This document shows, in pieces, positions 23,803 through 58,444 of a stretch of 64,000 nt of DNA. The stretch's first letter is position 1. Each line of letters starts with the position of its first letter. The translations under genes and the position numbers were made by a program. Source of the stretch: Amoebidium appalachense (taxonomy: Eukaryota; Protista; Ichthyosporea); NCBI GenBank assembly GCA_963693365.1, contig CAVNZM010000003.1, forward strand, positions 10,838,388 to 10,902,387. The letters are read 5' to 3'. The notes below the pieces were generated by a model that did not search any database, had not been told where the DNA came from, and worked only from the letters and a program-made list of their open reading frames with translations.

Positions 23803-26276
23803 TCGTGCGCGTTGAGTGCAATGTCGATGCGTTATGCCCGCCCGTGGTTCGTGCTTGGGCACGTGTGTGACTACGATTTTTCTTAAAACTACAGTACGAT
23901 GTGTGCAATGTGAGGCGCGAAATGAACACGATCAAATCCACACAAGACAGAAACTCTAGATAAGCATCATGTCGCAGACGCCAGGTTAGGCGAAGAAAGA
24001 ATGGAAGCAGGTAGATGTGTTGAGTTGATCTTTTGGTAAAACATTCAACGTAAAAACCGGACAATTTGCTCCCTATTTGTGTTATAGAACCTCTTTTTCT
24101 CGTTAACTATTTTCCACTACACACCACCATATCCTCGATGCTCAAAAACTCTACACAAATGTGACATTCCTCCCAGAGTTGCTCAGAATCGCTTCATAGA
24201 ACACAGGTAAACAATACCGTGATATTTGCTGCGCCGATATCAACGCCTATAACACATGTGCAGGGCATATTGATATTGTTGCGTCTGTAGCAACGCCGAG
24301 GGCTAACCGTAGTATTGACGGGTGCAATTGTTGCACCTATTACTTTTGGAGGCCTAGACGTTGATCCCGACGGTGACAACTACACACACTGTGAAACTGG
24401 TTGTGCTATCGGCTCCGACGATAGCTGTGCTCCCCCCCCCCCCCCCCCCCCCCTCCCCTCCCCCCCAAAACCACCTTCCCACCCACCCCGCCTCCTTTCC
24501 CAGCAAGCAGGCACCTGTGATTTTTGAATACACGTGATATCACACTTTATTTACGTGCTACTGCACGTTCAATCATAACACGTTCATTCATTTGAGGTGG
24601 TAACCGTGTTACCTGGTTGCACCCATACAGTATCACATTTTGTTGCATGCTAGGGGTTGGGCGCTACTTTCCATTTTCTGGTAGGTGGGCTACGTGTCAA
24701 TATAGGCATTTATCTATAGGCCGAAATTCGTTGTATGTATGCATACAAGGCTTGCGGGGCAGCTGTGACCTCCGTTTGTAATCTGGTCTGCACCAAACAA
24801 GAATACTACGTGTAGAAGCTACAAAGTCCAGAGTGATCAGAAAGAGACAAGCCTAGCATCTCCAGGGGAGTCGGTTCTCAAAAATCCTAACTAGTTCGTG
24901 CACTTAGTCTTGTTAGCAATCGGCAACGAGTTGCCCCTCCTGCTCACCGTTAAACACTTTTGCAGTGCAAAAGATTCCTCGCCTCCTGCCGACTCGGTGG
25001 GGAAGACTTTTGACAGCTTTATCAAGCGCTTGGCAGTGCGACTTGAGCGCACGCGCCGCGCTGTGCTGCAGGTGTACGATGGGTGGGGAAAAAGTGAGCT
25101 TTGGCCCTTGAACAGCGAACACGTTAAAGGACAGGGATAGAAGGACGAGAGGTGGCTATAGTTAGTTGGCAAACTGTTCAGTAACCACGTGTAGCCCTAG
25201 CACGTAGCTCTTTGAAAGGCTGATGCACACCAGTTAGAGAGCGTGGTGATGTCAGCCCAAACTAATTACGTTTGCATCTTTTTCTTCCTGTGAAGGTGCA
25301 CGTTTGCCTTTTGCAGGAGCACCAACCAATAACAAAAGGCTACGTAGAAGTCTACTGCGTAAAAGTAGCGTCGAACCAGCAAGTAATGATTACTATGAGT
25401 TAAACAAAAGCAAATATTATTCACGTCAATGCAATAACAACAGTAGCTGGCTACAACATCTGCCAAAGCTATCGCCACGCAAACAACGACAAACAAAATG
25501 AAAGGCCCTCTTACCTTGAGCTGCACCGTCACGGTGGCACTCCACCAGCTTCTCAAGTTCTGCTACCGGTCATTCTTAAGGCTAACCGTGGTTAAATGGC
25601 ACAGCGCTACGTGTACTCAACAGCGCTACGTGTACTCAACAACTGCCGCGGAAGGGTACTTGTCGGTTAAACGACAAAAACTTGCACCACATCTTCAGTG
25701 CTAGACAAAAATGACTGTCAGTCTCCACCAACTGAGGCAAGATTTTTTGTCGACATCAGGCGGTCGACATGACTCTTGGGATAAACATGGAATGTACAGG
25801 AATGCATAGAGCTCTTGGCGATTGGCTAGAAAAAAAGATCGGTGCAAAGCAATAAATGAGAAGTTTTAGTGTACGCATATGGACCACAATTTTGGTTTTA
25901 TTTTATACATTTATTACATATAAAACAAAATATATTATAATTAATGCTATATGTGCTACTTAACAAGTCTTAGTATATTCGTTTATGATGGAAACAGGGC
26001 CTGTAACAGTCCCATGAATTGGAATTTACTTCGTTCCATTTTGTGTCCGATAATTGGCTAATGGGGGTTCCAGCGGTTTTTTCGACTTCGTAAATTTTGT
26101 AAGTTGGCGGCGGTTATGCCCACGTAGGTTTGCAGTGAATGGCCGTGGGGCAGGAGAGCGAATTAATTATTGGAGGGGGGCCCGGCCCGCGGGAGGCCAC
26201 GGACAGGGGAGGGGGGGGGGGGGGGGGGGGGGGGTGTCTCGGAATTGAGGGGGGGAGGGGTGTGTGGCCGGGCGGG

Positions 26277-26317
<41 letters not shown>

Positions 26318-26931
26318 GGTCACGGTGGCATATATATGTATATAGGCGTAGTCTGTATCATGCCAGGGGTACAGCAGACGGAGCCATGGACACGACAAGT
26401 ACACTATCAGTGACATATACACTGCTACCGACACTGCCAGTAACAGTACTGATGCATGTGGCGGTGAAACGGGTGGGGTCAAACGCACCCCGTATTTATT
26501 GATATCGGCGTTGATATCGGCGGAACCAATTTCACGGGATTGTTTACCTGTGGAAGTTCATGCAAACAGTTATCCCCCTCCTCCCCCCTCTCTCCACACA
26601 CATGGACACTACACCGACACACACACAGACACACAGAAAAACCCCTTGGACTTGTAACGCATCCCCCCCCCCCCCCCCTCCCCCCCCCCCCCCGCTCCTC
26701 CCCCTTCTCCGGATCCCCCCCCCCCCCCCCCCTCCCCGCCCCCTCCTTCCACCACCTTAATGCCACTTACTTGCGTATCTTTCGTTCCCACCTTCCTGCC
26801 TCTCCTGCTTACCATTGTGTGCATCCCCATCCCCTTAACCACAGCCCCCATTCCTCCTCCTTCTTCCACACCCCCACAGAATAACCCTCAACCTTAAAGT
26901 TTCCCCACATTACACTCCCTCCCCCCCTCCC

Positions 26932-26976
<45 letters not shown>

Positions 26977-27012
26977 CACGGTGTGTGTGTGTGTGTGCCA
27001 CGGTGTATGTGT

Positions 27013-27052
<40 letters not shown>

Positions 27053-27449
27053 GCGTGTGCGTGTGTACATGTGTGTGTGTGCCTGTGTTTGAACATGTGT
27101 GTAACGTTGGCAAGATGTTTGTGTGTGTGTGTGCCGTGTGTGTGTGCGCGGGAGCGAAAACAGGGACATGTCCTTGATATGCCAGTGCGAGAGCGGTAGC
27201 AAGGATGAGAGCATGATACAGCTTGCAAGTCCGAGTCGGTCGCCGACAGATGGGCTAACGAACGTTGAACAAGTTGATGAGATCGACACTGGCGCAAGCA
27301 TAGCAGATAAGATAAAGGGGGCAGGAAAGAGGATAAGAGAGTCTGAAAGGTTTGCGCAAGAATACCGTTATAAACAGTAGGAGGGGTAAAAATGTAGGTG
27401 GAAGTAGTTCTGACTCTCAATCCGCGGTATTAAAGGAACAAACTAAGGG

Positions 27450-28726
27450 GATTGTGTGTAGGTGCACCCACCCGGGCTGTGAATACACGACAAACGCCAC
27501 CACCAACATGCATAGACATGGCCAAGCACACGAGTGAAAAGGTGTTTAGGTGCCATTACGAGGGCTGCGGTAAGAGCTACAACCGGGTCCCCTTAAAGTT
27601 TATATACGCACACACACTGGCGAGAGACTCTATGTTTGCAAACATGCATATGATGGGTGCACCAAGAGCTACACAGACTTGACTAGTTTCAAGAGACTTC
27701 AAGAGACTCACATGGGGCGAAACGGTAGGAATTATGCCTGCAGTTTTGTAGGTTGCGGTAAGGCATTTACACAAATAGTGGTTTTACAAAAACACATGCG
27801 CATACACACAGGGGAGAAAAACTATGCTTGCACACTGTAAATTTGGTTGTGTATCATAGCGGCAGCGCAGATTGCATTCAGGTATGGGATCTGATCGATC
27901 TTGAGATGGGATCTTATCCTCGGCACTCATCATTTCGAGGTCCAGGCATGTTGTCAACTGATTGGATCTGGCTGATACTGCCGCCTTTTATAGGGGACAG
28001 TTCGCCGTGCGATTGTGGGACAACGCCCGCTGCTTCCCGACCAACCATTTTGATTGGTCAGTAAGCGCGAATAACTACAGAGCGCGACTCCCGTAGTCTG
28101 CCCTACACAACCATGTTTACATCTCCCCTCACGTTGGGGAGTCGCGCGTTACACCCCACCGGCAAGGTCGTAGCAGCCCGCGAACGGCTCCATCCAAGGT
28201 TGTACAGGCGTGGCCATCCGACCAACAACCCCCTTGGGTCCTGCCGCGGTCGCCAATGTAAATTTGGTTGTGTATCATAGCGGCAGCGCAGATTGCATGT
28301 ACAGTATGGGATCCGATCGATCTTGAGATGGGATGTTATCCTCGGCACTCATCGTTTCGAGTCCAGGCATGTTCCCAACTGATTGGATCTGGCTGATACT
28401 GCCGCCTTTTATAGGGGACAGTTCGCCGTGCGATTGTGGGACAACGCCGCTGCTTCCCGACCAACTATTTTGATTGGTCAGTAAGCGCGACTAACTACAG
28501 AGCGCGACTCCCGTAGTCTGTCCTACAATATACACAACCATGTATTACAACACACCCAGGTTGTGGGAAGTGCTTTTAAATTTCGAAATTTCTCGAAAGG
28601 ATGCGCTGAGGGAACACATGAGAATTCATTCGAATGAAAGGCCCGTACTCATGTCCCCGATGCCACCACGCGTATAAGTCAGCGGACCACAGATACAAAC
28701 ACATGAAAAGAGGGTTGGTAGACTGA
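27450..28726 (+). pseudogene. Multi-C2H2 zinc-finger pseudogene interrupted by a TRIM
   Basis: CTHPGC, CHYEGCGKSY, HTGERLYVC, CGKAF...KHMRIHTGEKNYAC, HMRIHSNERP, with several frameshifts and stops. Confidence 0.8.
27836..28549 (-). mobile_element. TRIM (terminal-repeat retrotransposon in miniature)
   Basis: Direct repeats 27836-28121 and 28257-28549 (TGTA...TACA). The 135-bp interior has a minus-strand PBS TGGCGACCGCGGCAGGA (28255-28239) and PPT GAGGGGAGA. 4-bp TSD ACAC; removal restores ACTHPGCGK. Confidence 0.88.
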
Positions 28727-29464
28727 TAGAGTCGACACGAACAAATGCTTTGGTGTTTTCGGCTAGTTTACTGGTCAATTTGGTGGGTCAGCAATGTTAA
28801 CTATTGATCATAGCATGGTACCGCCGTAATAATACGTGTGATACTGTAGCACGTGTACGTTATAGTGCGGCTATGCATGGCATGGCTTATTAATTGTGCA
28901 TTATTATTAGTAGTATTTTTATTGTTATTACTAGGTCCGGCTGGTCCGGCCTACCATATTATAAACCGGTTTGCCGGAAGGCACCTAAGACAATCATTAG
29001 TATACGTATTCCCGTAGGCTACACAAAACAATGAAAGGCATAATATACACGTACAACGTCCACACGTGAAGATATACAACACTGCCATCACTACCACTGA
29101 TCTCGGCGGCGGCAGAGTGGGGGGTGGGTGGGGGTGGGTGGGGGTGGGGTGGGTTGGGGTGAGGTGGGGGTGGGGGTGGGAGTGGGGAGGGGGCTTCCGT
29201 TATTTGTTATTTATTTCTAGATTCAAGGTGGGTACACGTCCTTTCGTCGACTTGAAGTTGTCTGACCCGAATGCAACAGAACTTACACCCTTTACGCTAA
29301 GTATCCCACACAAACAACGTTACACTCTACTGTTACCATGTCTGGGATCATGAAATTTCAAAAACTTTGCACGAGAGCTGGCCCGCAGCATCGTGTTCTA
29401 CACACTTTTGGCATATCGGTTAAATCAGGAAACCAAATTATGAAATACAAGATATTATGTTCCC

Positions 29465-29500
<36 letters not shown>

Positions 29501-29545
29501 CCCAGCATGAAACACGAGATCACGTCTCCCCCCCCTTCCCCCCCC

Positions 29546-29580
<35 letters not shown>

Positions 29581-29979
29581 GGAAGTACAAGAACAAGGAG
29601 AGAGAGAAAAGAAGACCAAAATCAAAGACGGGGAGTCCCGACAGGAACACCCTTTAAGGTTCACGGTTCCGACAGAAATGGCATTTCCAAATACGAAGTG
29701 TACTCACAGGTCACACCCTAAAACGAGAAACGAACAGAAGTTTACTACTCCCCATCCGAGTCTGGGGGGCCATCGATTATCTCGGGTATACCAAAAAAAG
29801 AAAAACGGGGAAAAAGGAAGTACAAGAACAAGGAGAGAGAGAAAAGAAGACCAAAATCAAAGACGGGGAGTCCCGACAGGAACACCCTTTAAGGTTCACG
29901 GTTCCGACAGAAATGGCATTTCCAAATACGAAGTGTACTCACAGGTCACACCCTAAAACGAGAAACGAACAGAAGTTTA

Positions 29980-50467
<20,488 letters not shown>

Positions 50468-51020
50468 GCTGCGAATTTTCTACTTCGAGCCTAAAGTTGA
50501 CGTGTGTGTGTGTCCGCATGTACGTGTGCGTGTCTCTCTGTGTGAAGTGTGCGTTTCTGCGTGTGCTGGGTATACGCAAGTGTTTCGAGTGAATGCGTGC
50601 ACGCCTGTTTCTGGGCAAACTTGGTGTAAGAAGAGATAGAAAAACTTGTGACTTCACAAAATTGAACAGCGAGTCTGTGTGTGTGAGACATGCACGCACC
50701 AGGGGGGGTGCGGCATGCCAGGAGCTACTACTAGAGAGAAGGGGGGGTATGATTGGAGGGGGGGTGTTCAGCTAACCTTATATGGATAAAGCAAAGTTAC
50801 AAGGATTCAAGCCATTGGTTGGGCAAGACCCCTTTTGCCGAATATGGATAACAGATCATACACTGCTGTAGGCGGCGGTCAGGAATTGGCGCGCTCTTTA
50901 CTGGTCACAACCAGTCCGGGAAGGCCATGAGCAGCATTGCCGAGCACACTGGAATACGGGAATGTTTGCGGTAACGTAGTCGCACTAGGGGGGCAGGGGG
51001 CCAGGCCCCAAGTGTTTAAA

Positions 51021-52411
51021 ATGAAGCCAGGCTGCCCTAAGGGCACAACACAGCGCCCTGGGCATAAAACAGGCGGAGCTAGGGAGGGAGCTGGGCGCAA
51101 AAAAAAAGATGCTGCATTTGTTCAGCCTTTAGCGAACTTTGCAGGTTTTGGGACGGCAAACAAAGCTGTTTTGCAGGAACTAAACGTAAACGTACAACCC
51201 GAACAGCCCCCTCTATCTAAGGCCGCCGACATAAGGGCCCGTGTAGTTGAGGCAGGTAGCGTCCATTCGTTACCAAGAGAAATGGATCGGGCCCCTGCTC
51301 CACACCCACCAGACATACAGGTGCAACCCGACGAGGAACCTTTGCTAAATGCAGCAGCAGATGCGTACCGGGTAGACGAGGATGAAGGGGAGGAAGAGGG
51401 AGAAGATAATACGGACGGGGATGACGGTGGAGAGGAGTTTTCTGACGCGGCGGGCGAAACAATCAAGTCGCACCTGCACACAGTGAAAGAGAGTCTCAAA
51501 GATGAGAAGACGCCTGTGGGGTGGCATCTTCCACCTCCCATTATAGGCTTTAAATTTGGGGGCGATCCAGCGCCTTTCTACAAACCCAGATGTTTTGCCT
51601 GGCTTCCGGAAAGGTTGTCTCCCGGTTTCATGGTGCCGTGCCCCTTCGATGATCACTACGTGGACCCCCACAACCACCCCAACCCACACCGTACTTCTCG
51701 CAATGGGTTCATGAGCAACCCCGTAGGACGGCGTGTTATCGACTTTGACAGCTGCTACTACATTATCACGGCCCGGTACTTTTGTGACACATGCAAAAAA
51801 AACTTTGCCGGCACAAACCCCCAGACAATTAAACGCCTTCCACTCTTCATGCGTGATCAGTTTCCGGCCTACCTTAGCCACCGCAGTGGGCTCGACCTAA
51901 AGGTGGTAACATTGTTGCGTGCACTGGCAGACAAAGGTGTGGGCCCAAACGCCTTTGCCACCCTCCTCTCGGAGCTCCACAAGCAGCGATACGACGAGCA
52001 GCGGCTCCTGTATTACTCGAGGGCGCTGCAGTGGACCAAGTATGAACTCAAAAAGCGTAACGATTTCCGCCCCCACGACCAGCGCCTGACAGAACTTCCC
52101 CCAGAGGAGCAGGCGGCTAAGTTCTCGGCGTTTGGTGACAAAAATGGTTACGCTGGACATGTGCCTTCAGGCAAGTGTGCACTGCATTTTGGGTGTGTAA
52201 ATGGTCCCCATTGTTTTGTATGCACGTGCTTGGGCATTTTTTGGGTTGGCTTGGTAGGGTTTTGTTTTATTATTTTTTATTTTTTTTTTAGGGGGGGGGG
52301 GGGACTTGGAAATGGGTTTTGGAAGTGTGGTCAATAAGTTTCTATTATGGTGGTGGTGGATGTGTGGTGGTGGATGTGCGCCTGTGAGTGTGCGTGTACT
52401 TGTGGGTCCGT

Positions 52412-52457
<46 letters not shown>

Positions 52458-52534
52458 GGGGGAGGGGGGACATGGTGATGGATTAGGTGGTGGTGGTGGC
52501 AATCAGTCATGGTGGTGGTGGTGGTGGTGGTGGT

Positions 52535-52565
<31 letters not shown>

Positions 52566-52715
52566 GGGCAGAGGGATCATCAGAGGGGTGAAAGCATAAC
52601 GGTCCATGTACCAGTGAGTGTGCTTGGGAAATCGTGGAGAACTGTTATGCCTGAGAATGAGATGGTGGGTGTGCGCATGTGTGTCTGTGTGTGTTGGGGG
52701 AAAGGAGGTGGAGAG

Positions 52716-52763
<48 letters not shown>

Positions 52764-52940
52764 TGGTGGTAGACTGGATCTTGGTGGCGGTACTTAATGG
52801 TTATTATAGTAGTGGCAGGAGGGTGTGGGGGGAAGGGCAAACGGACGTGCAGGGGACAAACTGCAGATGGGGCACAAAGGGGAAAGAAGGTGAAAGTTGG
52901 TGCAATGACTTGGAGGGTTTGCGCGCGCCGGGAGGCGGGG

Positions 52941-52978
<38 letters not shown>

Positions 52979-53673
52979 AACGGCCGGAGATGGGTGTGTA
53001 GCGTTTTTGAGATGGGAAAAGCCATACAGACTTACGAAAATACAGAGAGGTGAGATGAACACGAGGGACTAGAGGGAATGGGGGGGATGGTCCTGATGGG
53101 AGGGTGGTGGAGTTCTAACAGTACTTGGGGTTCAGGCAAATACCTGAGTGCCGTGTATACTGAGTTCAGCGACCGCACGGCAAAGTACCAGAGCCTGGAC
53201 ACGCAGCTCAAGCCCGTAAACAACGTGCTCAAGGCCGACCACACCTTCCAAATTGGGAAGCTCACCGGCATCAATGGGGAGCCTCTGTACCGAGGCCTAT
53301 GGACTTGTGTAAACGAGCTTGGCGGTGTGTGGTCCCTCCTCTTCTCCCCCCTCCCCCCACTCTCCCCCAGGCCCCCTTCCCCCCCTCCCCCCCCCCCCCA
53401 CACACGCCCACCCCCCCCCCCCACACACACACACACACACACGCCCCCCCTCCCCCCCCCTCCCCCCCCCTCCCCCCTCTAGGGCCTTTAAATCTCTTAG
53501 GCTCCACATTTAATGAGGTGGCACACTGTGAGTAGAGGTTTGTAGTATGTGGGTTTTGGGGACAATTCTTGCCCTGTCGAGCAAAAACTAGGAAGCTCCA
53601 GATATGTGTGTATGTGTTTTTGCTGGGTAGAGATTGGGGTGGGCTGGGGTGGAGCTTTCTTTTGGCGGGGAAT

Positions 53674-53740
<67 letters not shown>

Positions 53741-56584
53741 AGCTTCTGCCAAGCAGAATGGGAGTAGGGGCCAGTGATTGCAAGGGATGCAGGGGGGGGG
53801 GGGGGGGGGGGAGAGACACCACCGTCGGGGTTGAAGGTAGAGAGGGCAAGAGGCCCGGGGTGGGGTGGGGGGGGGGGGGGGGGGGACAGTAGGTGCCATA
53901 TGGAGGGCTGTCCCATGGTTTGGGGGGAGGGGGAGTGGGGAAGGATCGTGGGCACATGGGTTTGGGGGGAAGGCAGAGAGGGGGAAAGGATTGTGATCAC
54001 AAGGGTTTAGGGGGAGGAAGGGGGAAGGATTGTAGGTACATGGGTTTAGGGGGAGGGGGGGGGGAAGATTTTGGGGGAAAGGGAGGCCTGGGGAAAGTAT
54101 GTGGGCACATGGGTTTGGGGGGAAGGAGGGGGAAGGGTTTTGGGGGAGAGGGAGGGGAAAGTATGTGGGCACATGGGTTTGGGGGGAGGGAGGGGGAAAG
54201 GATTGTGTGGGCACTGAAGTCTCGTGAAGGGCCATGTGGTAAGGGAAGCTAGAACATGCATGGCTGCTCGGAGATGCCCTCTCACACAGTGCGGCACCCC
54301 AGAGATCCGGGCGCAGGTATTTACACGGGACTGCAGCCACCAGGAGATTGAGCCCGTGATCCAGCGCATCTCTGCCACCACGGCGGCGCTCAACAGCAAG
54401 GGCCCGGCCTTCTTCTACACAGATCGGTGCTGCCAAGACCGGGCGTTTGTTGAGCGCATGTTTCCAACCCTAGCCCGGCCAAAATGCCCCGTCCGTCTGA
54501 ACGAGGCTGCGCTGGTAAGCGTGACGGACGGTCTGCCTGGGCTGGAGCTGCCGGCCAACTACCCTAAGCCGGTGTACACCGACTGCCAGGGGGCGGTGGT
54601 GGCTACAGCGGCCATTCGTGCCGACCTGGAGGGGCAGCAGCACCGCGTGGTGGGGCTGGACTGCGAGTGGGTCTATCGGGTGGGCCAGGCGCGGTCCAAG
54701 GTTTGCACGCTGCAGATTGCCACCGCACGGGCCGTGTACATCTTCCACTTGGCACGCATGGGCCCCAACCACAGCCCGCCCGCGCGGCTGGTGGACGAGC
54801 TGATTGCGCTGCTTAGGGACCCCAGCATCATCAAGGTGGGCAAGCAGATCGGCACGGACTCGGCCCACCTCAACAAGGACTACGGCACCCCTGTGGCCAG
54901 CTATCTGGAGCTGGGCCGGTTCTGCTATGCCCGTGCAGCTATCACCTCTGCGGCCCGGGGCTTGGCCGACATCACTGCCCAGGTCATAGGCAAGAAGCTG
55001 CCCAAGCCGGCACTTGTTCGATGCTCCAACTGGCACGAGCCGCTATCAGAGGTGCAGGCCACCTACGCTGCCCTTGATGCATATGCGTCCCTGCAGGTCT
55101 ACTCGGCCGTGGTCGATAGGCCAAACCTGTCAGGTGTGTATCCCACCTGCTTTTTGCCCCAGTGCTTATGTGCTTATGCCAGATATAGAAAGATTGTGGG
55201 CCCCCCAGAGGGGAGAGGGGAGGGGGGAGGGAGGGGGGGGGGGGGGGGGGGGGGTGGCTGACCACATGGGCCAGTGTTCCAGTTGTGTTATGCTGGGTGT
55301 CGGGTGGCTATCAAAGGAGGGGGTGATTGGTGGTGGTGGTGGTGGTGGTGGGGGGGGGGGGGGGGGGGGGGGGGGGGGGCTATAGCACTGTTAACACGTG
55401 CAAGTGCCACACAAGCTGGGCACTGGGAGAGGGGGGGGGGGGGGGGGGGGGAGGGAGAAGGGGGGGGGGGGGGGGGGGGAAGGGGGTTGCTAAGGAATAT
55501 GCATTTGATTTTTGTGGAGCGAAGAGAAAAACGTTGGTGCTGTGGCTTTTTGGCTGAGTTTTTTGCTTCCCTCTATGACATGCAGCGCGGCTTCATGCAA
55601 AGGCACTCGGTGAAGGGGTTGAGATTGTGCCCCGGCGGGGCCCACATGCTGCAGCAGCCACCGGGGTGGTGCTGGCTGTGCAGCCGGAGCGCTGGGGGGG
55701 CATGAAGGTGGGCAAGAAGCATGCAGTGGTGCGGGCTTTGGCCCAAGACTTCAACAAGGCTGCCTCTGTGGCTGGGGGAATCTACATGAAGGATGCGGCC
55801 TACATCAAGAAGCATTTCGACAAGTGGAAGACCTGGCAGACGGCACATGCACAGCGCTCCACACACGAGGGCCTGGCAGATCACCGCAAGCGTATGCGCG
55901 AGGAGAGGGCAGACGCTGTGCCAGCAACCATACGGCCTGCCCCCTTGCCACCCCCTCCCTGTTCCAGACGGTGTCGATGCAGGGGCGCAGCGTGAGCGGC
56001 CCTTGCCCATGCTAGTGGGCAAAAAGCATCGCAACATTGGCCCTGAGGGGCCCCTGCAGATGGATTTGCCGGTGCCCCCTCCTATGCAGCCACCCCAGAG
56101 AGCCCCCAAGACCTGCAAGACGTGTGGCCGCCAGGGCAAGGGCTGCCCCGGCTCCAATCGGGCCAAGAGCTGCCCACGTTGGGTTGCAGCCAATCAGGAT
56201 GCCATGCCACCAGCACCCGCGCTTGACATGCAGCAGGGCCATGTGCCGCACATGCCCCCTGCACCCCATCCAGGCCCGCACCACCCACATGGCTGGCCCC
56301 CACCGTGGGGCATCATGCCGCCTCAGCCCGGCCCTGCCTTCCCCATGCCTGGGCTACTGCCGCAGCACGGTCCCCATCCTTACTTGGGCCATGTGGGCCA
56401 GCCCTCGGCTGGTGGGCAGTTCCCACCCCCTTCTCGTGCATCTGCTGTGCTGGGCCTGGCGTTGCCACCTGCTGGAGAGACGCAGCTGCAATGGCACAAT
56501 CGAAAGCAAAGTAATCGTGGCCGCAAGTCTGCAGGCAGCCAATCAGGATCTCAGAGTAGTCAGAGTAGCCAAACTAGTGTCTAA
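51021..56584 (+). CDS. DUF6729-type transposase-like protein fused to a WRN/RNase D-like DEDDy 3'-5' exonuclease; join(51021..52170,53136..53324,54303..55133,55586..56584), one frameshift near 55950
   Basis: RRVIDFDSCYYIITARYFC...FPAYLSHRSGLD; splicing restores VPSGKYL and VNELGEIR; DHTF and YTDRCC; exonuclease GLDCEW, LQIAT, SNW, YAALDAY; C-terminal CKTC...CPG...C. First intron is GC-AG. Confidence 0.8.
53930..54210. repeat. Degenerate G-rich intronic minisatellite (GGGCACATGGGTTTGGGGG units)
   Basis: About five imperfect units; other degenerate intronic arrays occur at about 43780-43930 and 45950-46160. Confidence 0.6.
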
Positions 56585-57003
56585 TATTGGAATGTACACC
56601 AATGTAACGGATCTCATATGTGTTGTAGTGCTTCAAGTTATACCTGTTCTTCGTACAGTCATGTTAGGGGGGAGGGGGGGGGGGGGGGGGGGGGGGGGGG
56701 CTAGCTTTCATTCCGAAGTTTACTGTAAAGAATTAAAATTTAGAATCTGAGTAATAGTACAGAGCCTTTGCACTTTTCTCTGTTTGTTAGGAATTCTTTG
56801 TGATCGAGAGTATGGTGTGTTAGACTATTGGTGTTAATGTGTCCTGGAAGGTGTATAATGTCTGCTGGCCGTAGTCAGTATCTATTTTTAGGTATATAGT
56901 ATATTTTTAAATGTTGGCCGCTGGCCAATAAATAGCAAATAATAAACACACGATAAAGTCAACAGCGTGCCAAAAAACTAATCCCCAGCGAGCGCACCCT
57001 GTG

Positions 57004-57080
<77 letters not shown>

Positions 57081-58413
57081 CGCGCGTGCGTGCGTGTGTG
57101 TGTGTGTGTGTGTGCGTGCGTGCGTGCGTGTGTGCGTGTGTGCGTGTGTGCGTGTGTGCGTGTGTGCGTGTGTGTGTGTGAGTGTGTGTGTGTGTGTGTG
57201 TATGTGTGGTGTGGTGTGTGCGCGGCTTGTACATATGTACGTGTTCATGTGCACCTGTGTCGGACCTACGAAGTACATGAAAGTAAATTTTGACAGCATC
57301 GATCTGCCGGTGTGTATGTGTATGTGTGCCAGTGCAGCAGGTGTGCCTTGTAACTGATAGCTTCGCATTTTACGTGTGTGTATATATAGTAGTACGCATA
57401 GACACTTGCTGATCATTCGGATCGACATTAATATTTAATCTGTCGGTCCTCGGTTTTTTGAGTGAATGATGATCAAGTGTAAGAGCATTCACTTGGCAAG
57501 TATTAATGTTGCAGAGGCTAGCTGCAGCTGCAAGCGTCGGATGCACACTGACAATTGTCTTTTCAGCGAGTCTAACCTGCAGGCAGCAGCTGCACACATA
57601 TAGGGTTGTTATCTTGCGGCACATGCACGGTGATCATTTCAGAGTAATAGAGTTCAGAGCAATGAAAATAATGAAAATAACTAAACTTTGTGACTACTTT
57701 AAAGTTGCTGAGATCATACGTGGTGCAAGCTGCACTATGAACACATGTATAGTGCTAGTAATTAATACATTTTTGTTGCCTTCTGCAGGGTTATCGTAGC
57801 TACGTCACGGCCTGCACTCAGGGGGGGGGGGGAGGGGGGGGGAGAGGGGGGATGATTCGAAGGGGGTATAAATAAGAACATGCACCTAAAGGTCTTTCCC
57901 GTGGATCCTCCCCCCCTCCCCCCCCCCACCTCTCCCCTCCCCCGGGGCCCCATACTATGATATCTAGGCCCAATATTATATGCCCCTTCCCCCCCCCCCC
58001 CCCCCTCCTCTCCGGATCCCCGGACCCCACTTCCCTACCCGGAGGCTCAAGAGCTCCCCCCCTCTCCCCCTCCTCCCCCCCCCCCCCCCCCCAAGGCTTA
58101 CGGGGGCCCTTCTTCATCGAGGGGGAGGGGGTGGGGGTGGGGGGGGGTGGGGGGGGAGGGGGTGGGGGGAGGGAAGTGGAAGGCGGGGGTGGATGCATGT
58201 CAGCCTAGGTGAATTCAATTGTTTAACTCCAGTGTGCAGGACTGGTCTGAAGGCTTAAGAAAACAACGAGGAAATGGGGTCCAGTGGAGGTGGTGGTGGT
58301 GTTCTGTGTGTGTGTGTACACGTGCACGTATGTGTGTGGTTTTTTTAAGGGGTGAGTGGTGGTGGTGGTGGTGGTGGTGGTCACCGTGGTGGTGGTGTGT
58401 GTGTCTGGTGTGT

Positions 58414-58444
<31 letters not shown>

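Noticed and set aside
24190-25710. Coding-looking fragments
   Set aside because: Multiple stops, no recognisable motif and no consistent splice model.
57370-57624. Small Cys-containing ORF (MCRKITTLYVCSCC)
   Set aside because: Short, runs into a microsatellite, and no homology recognised.
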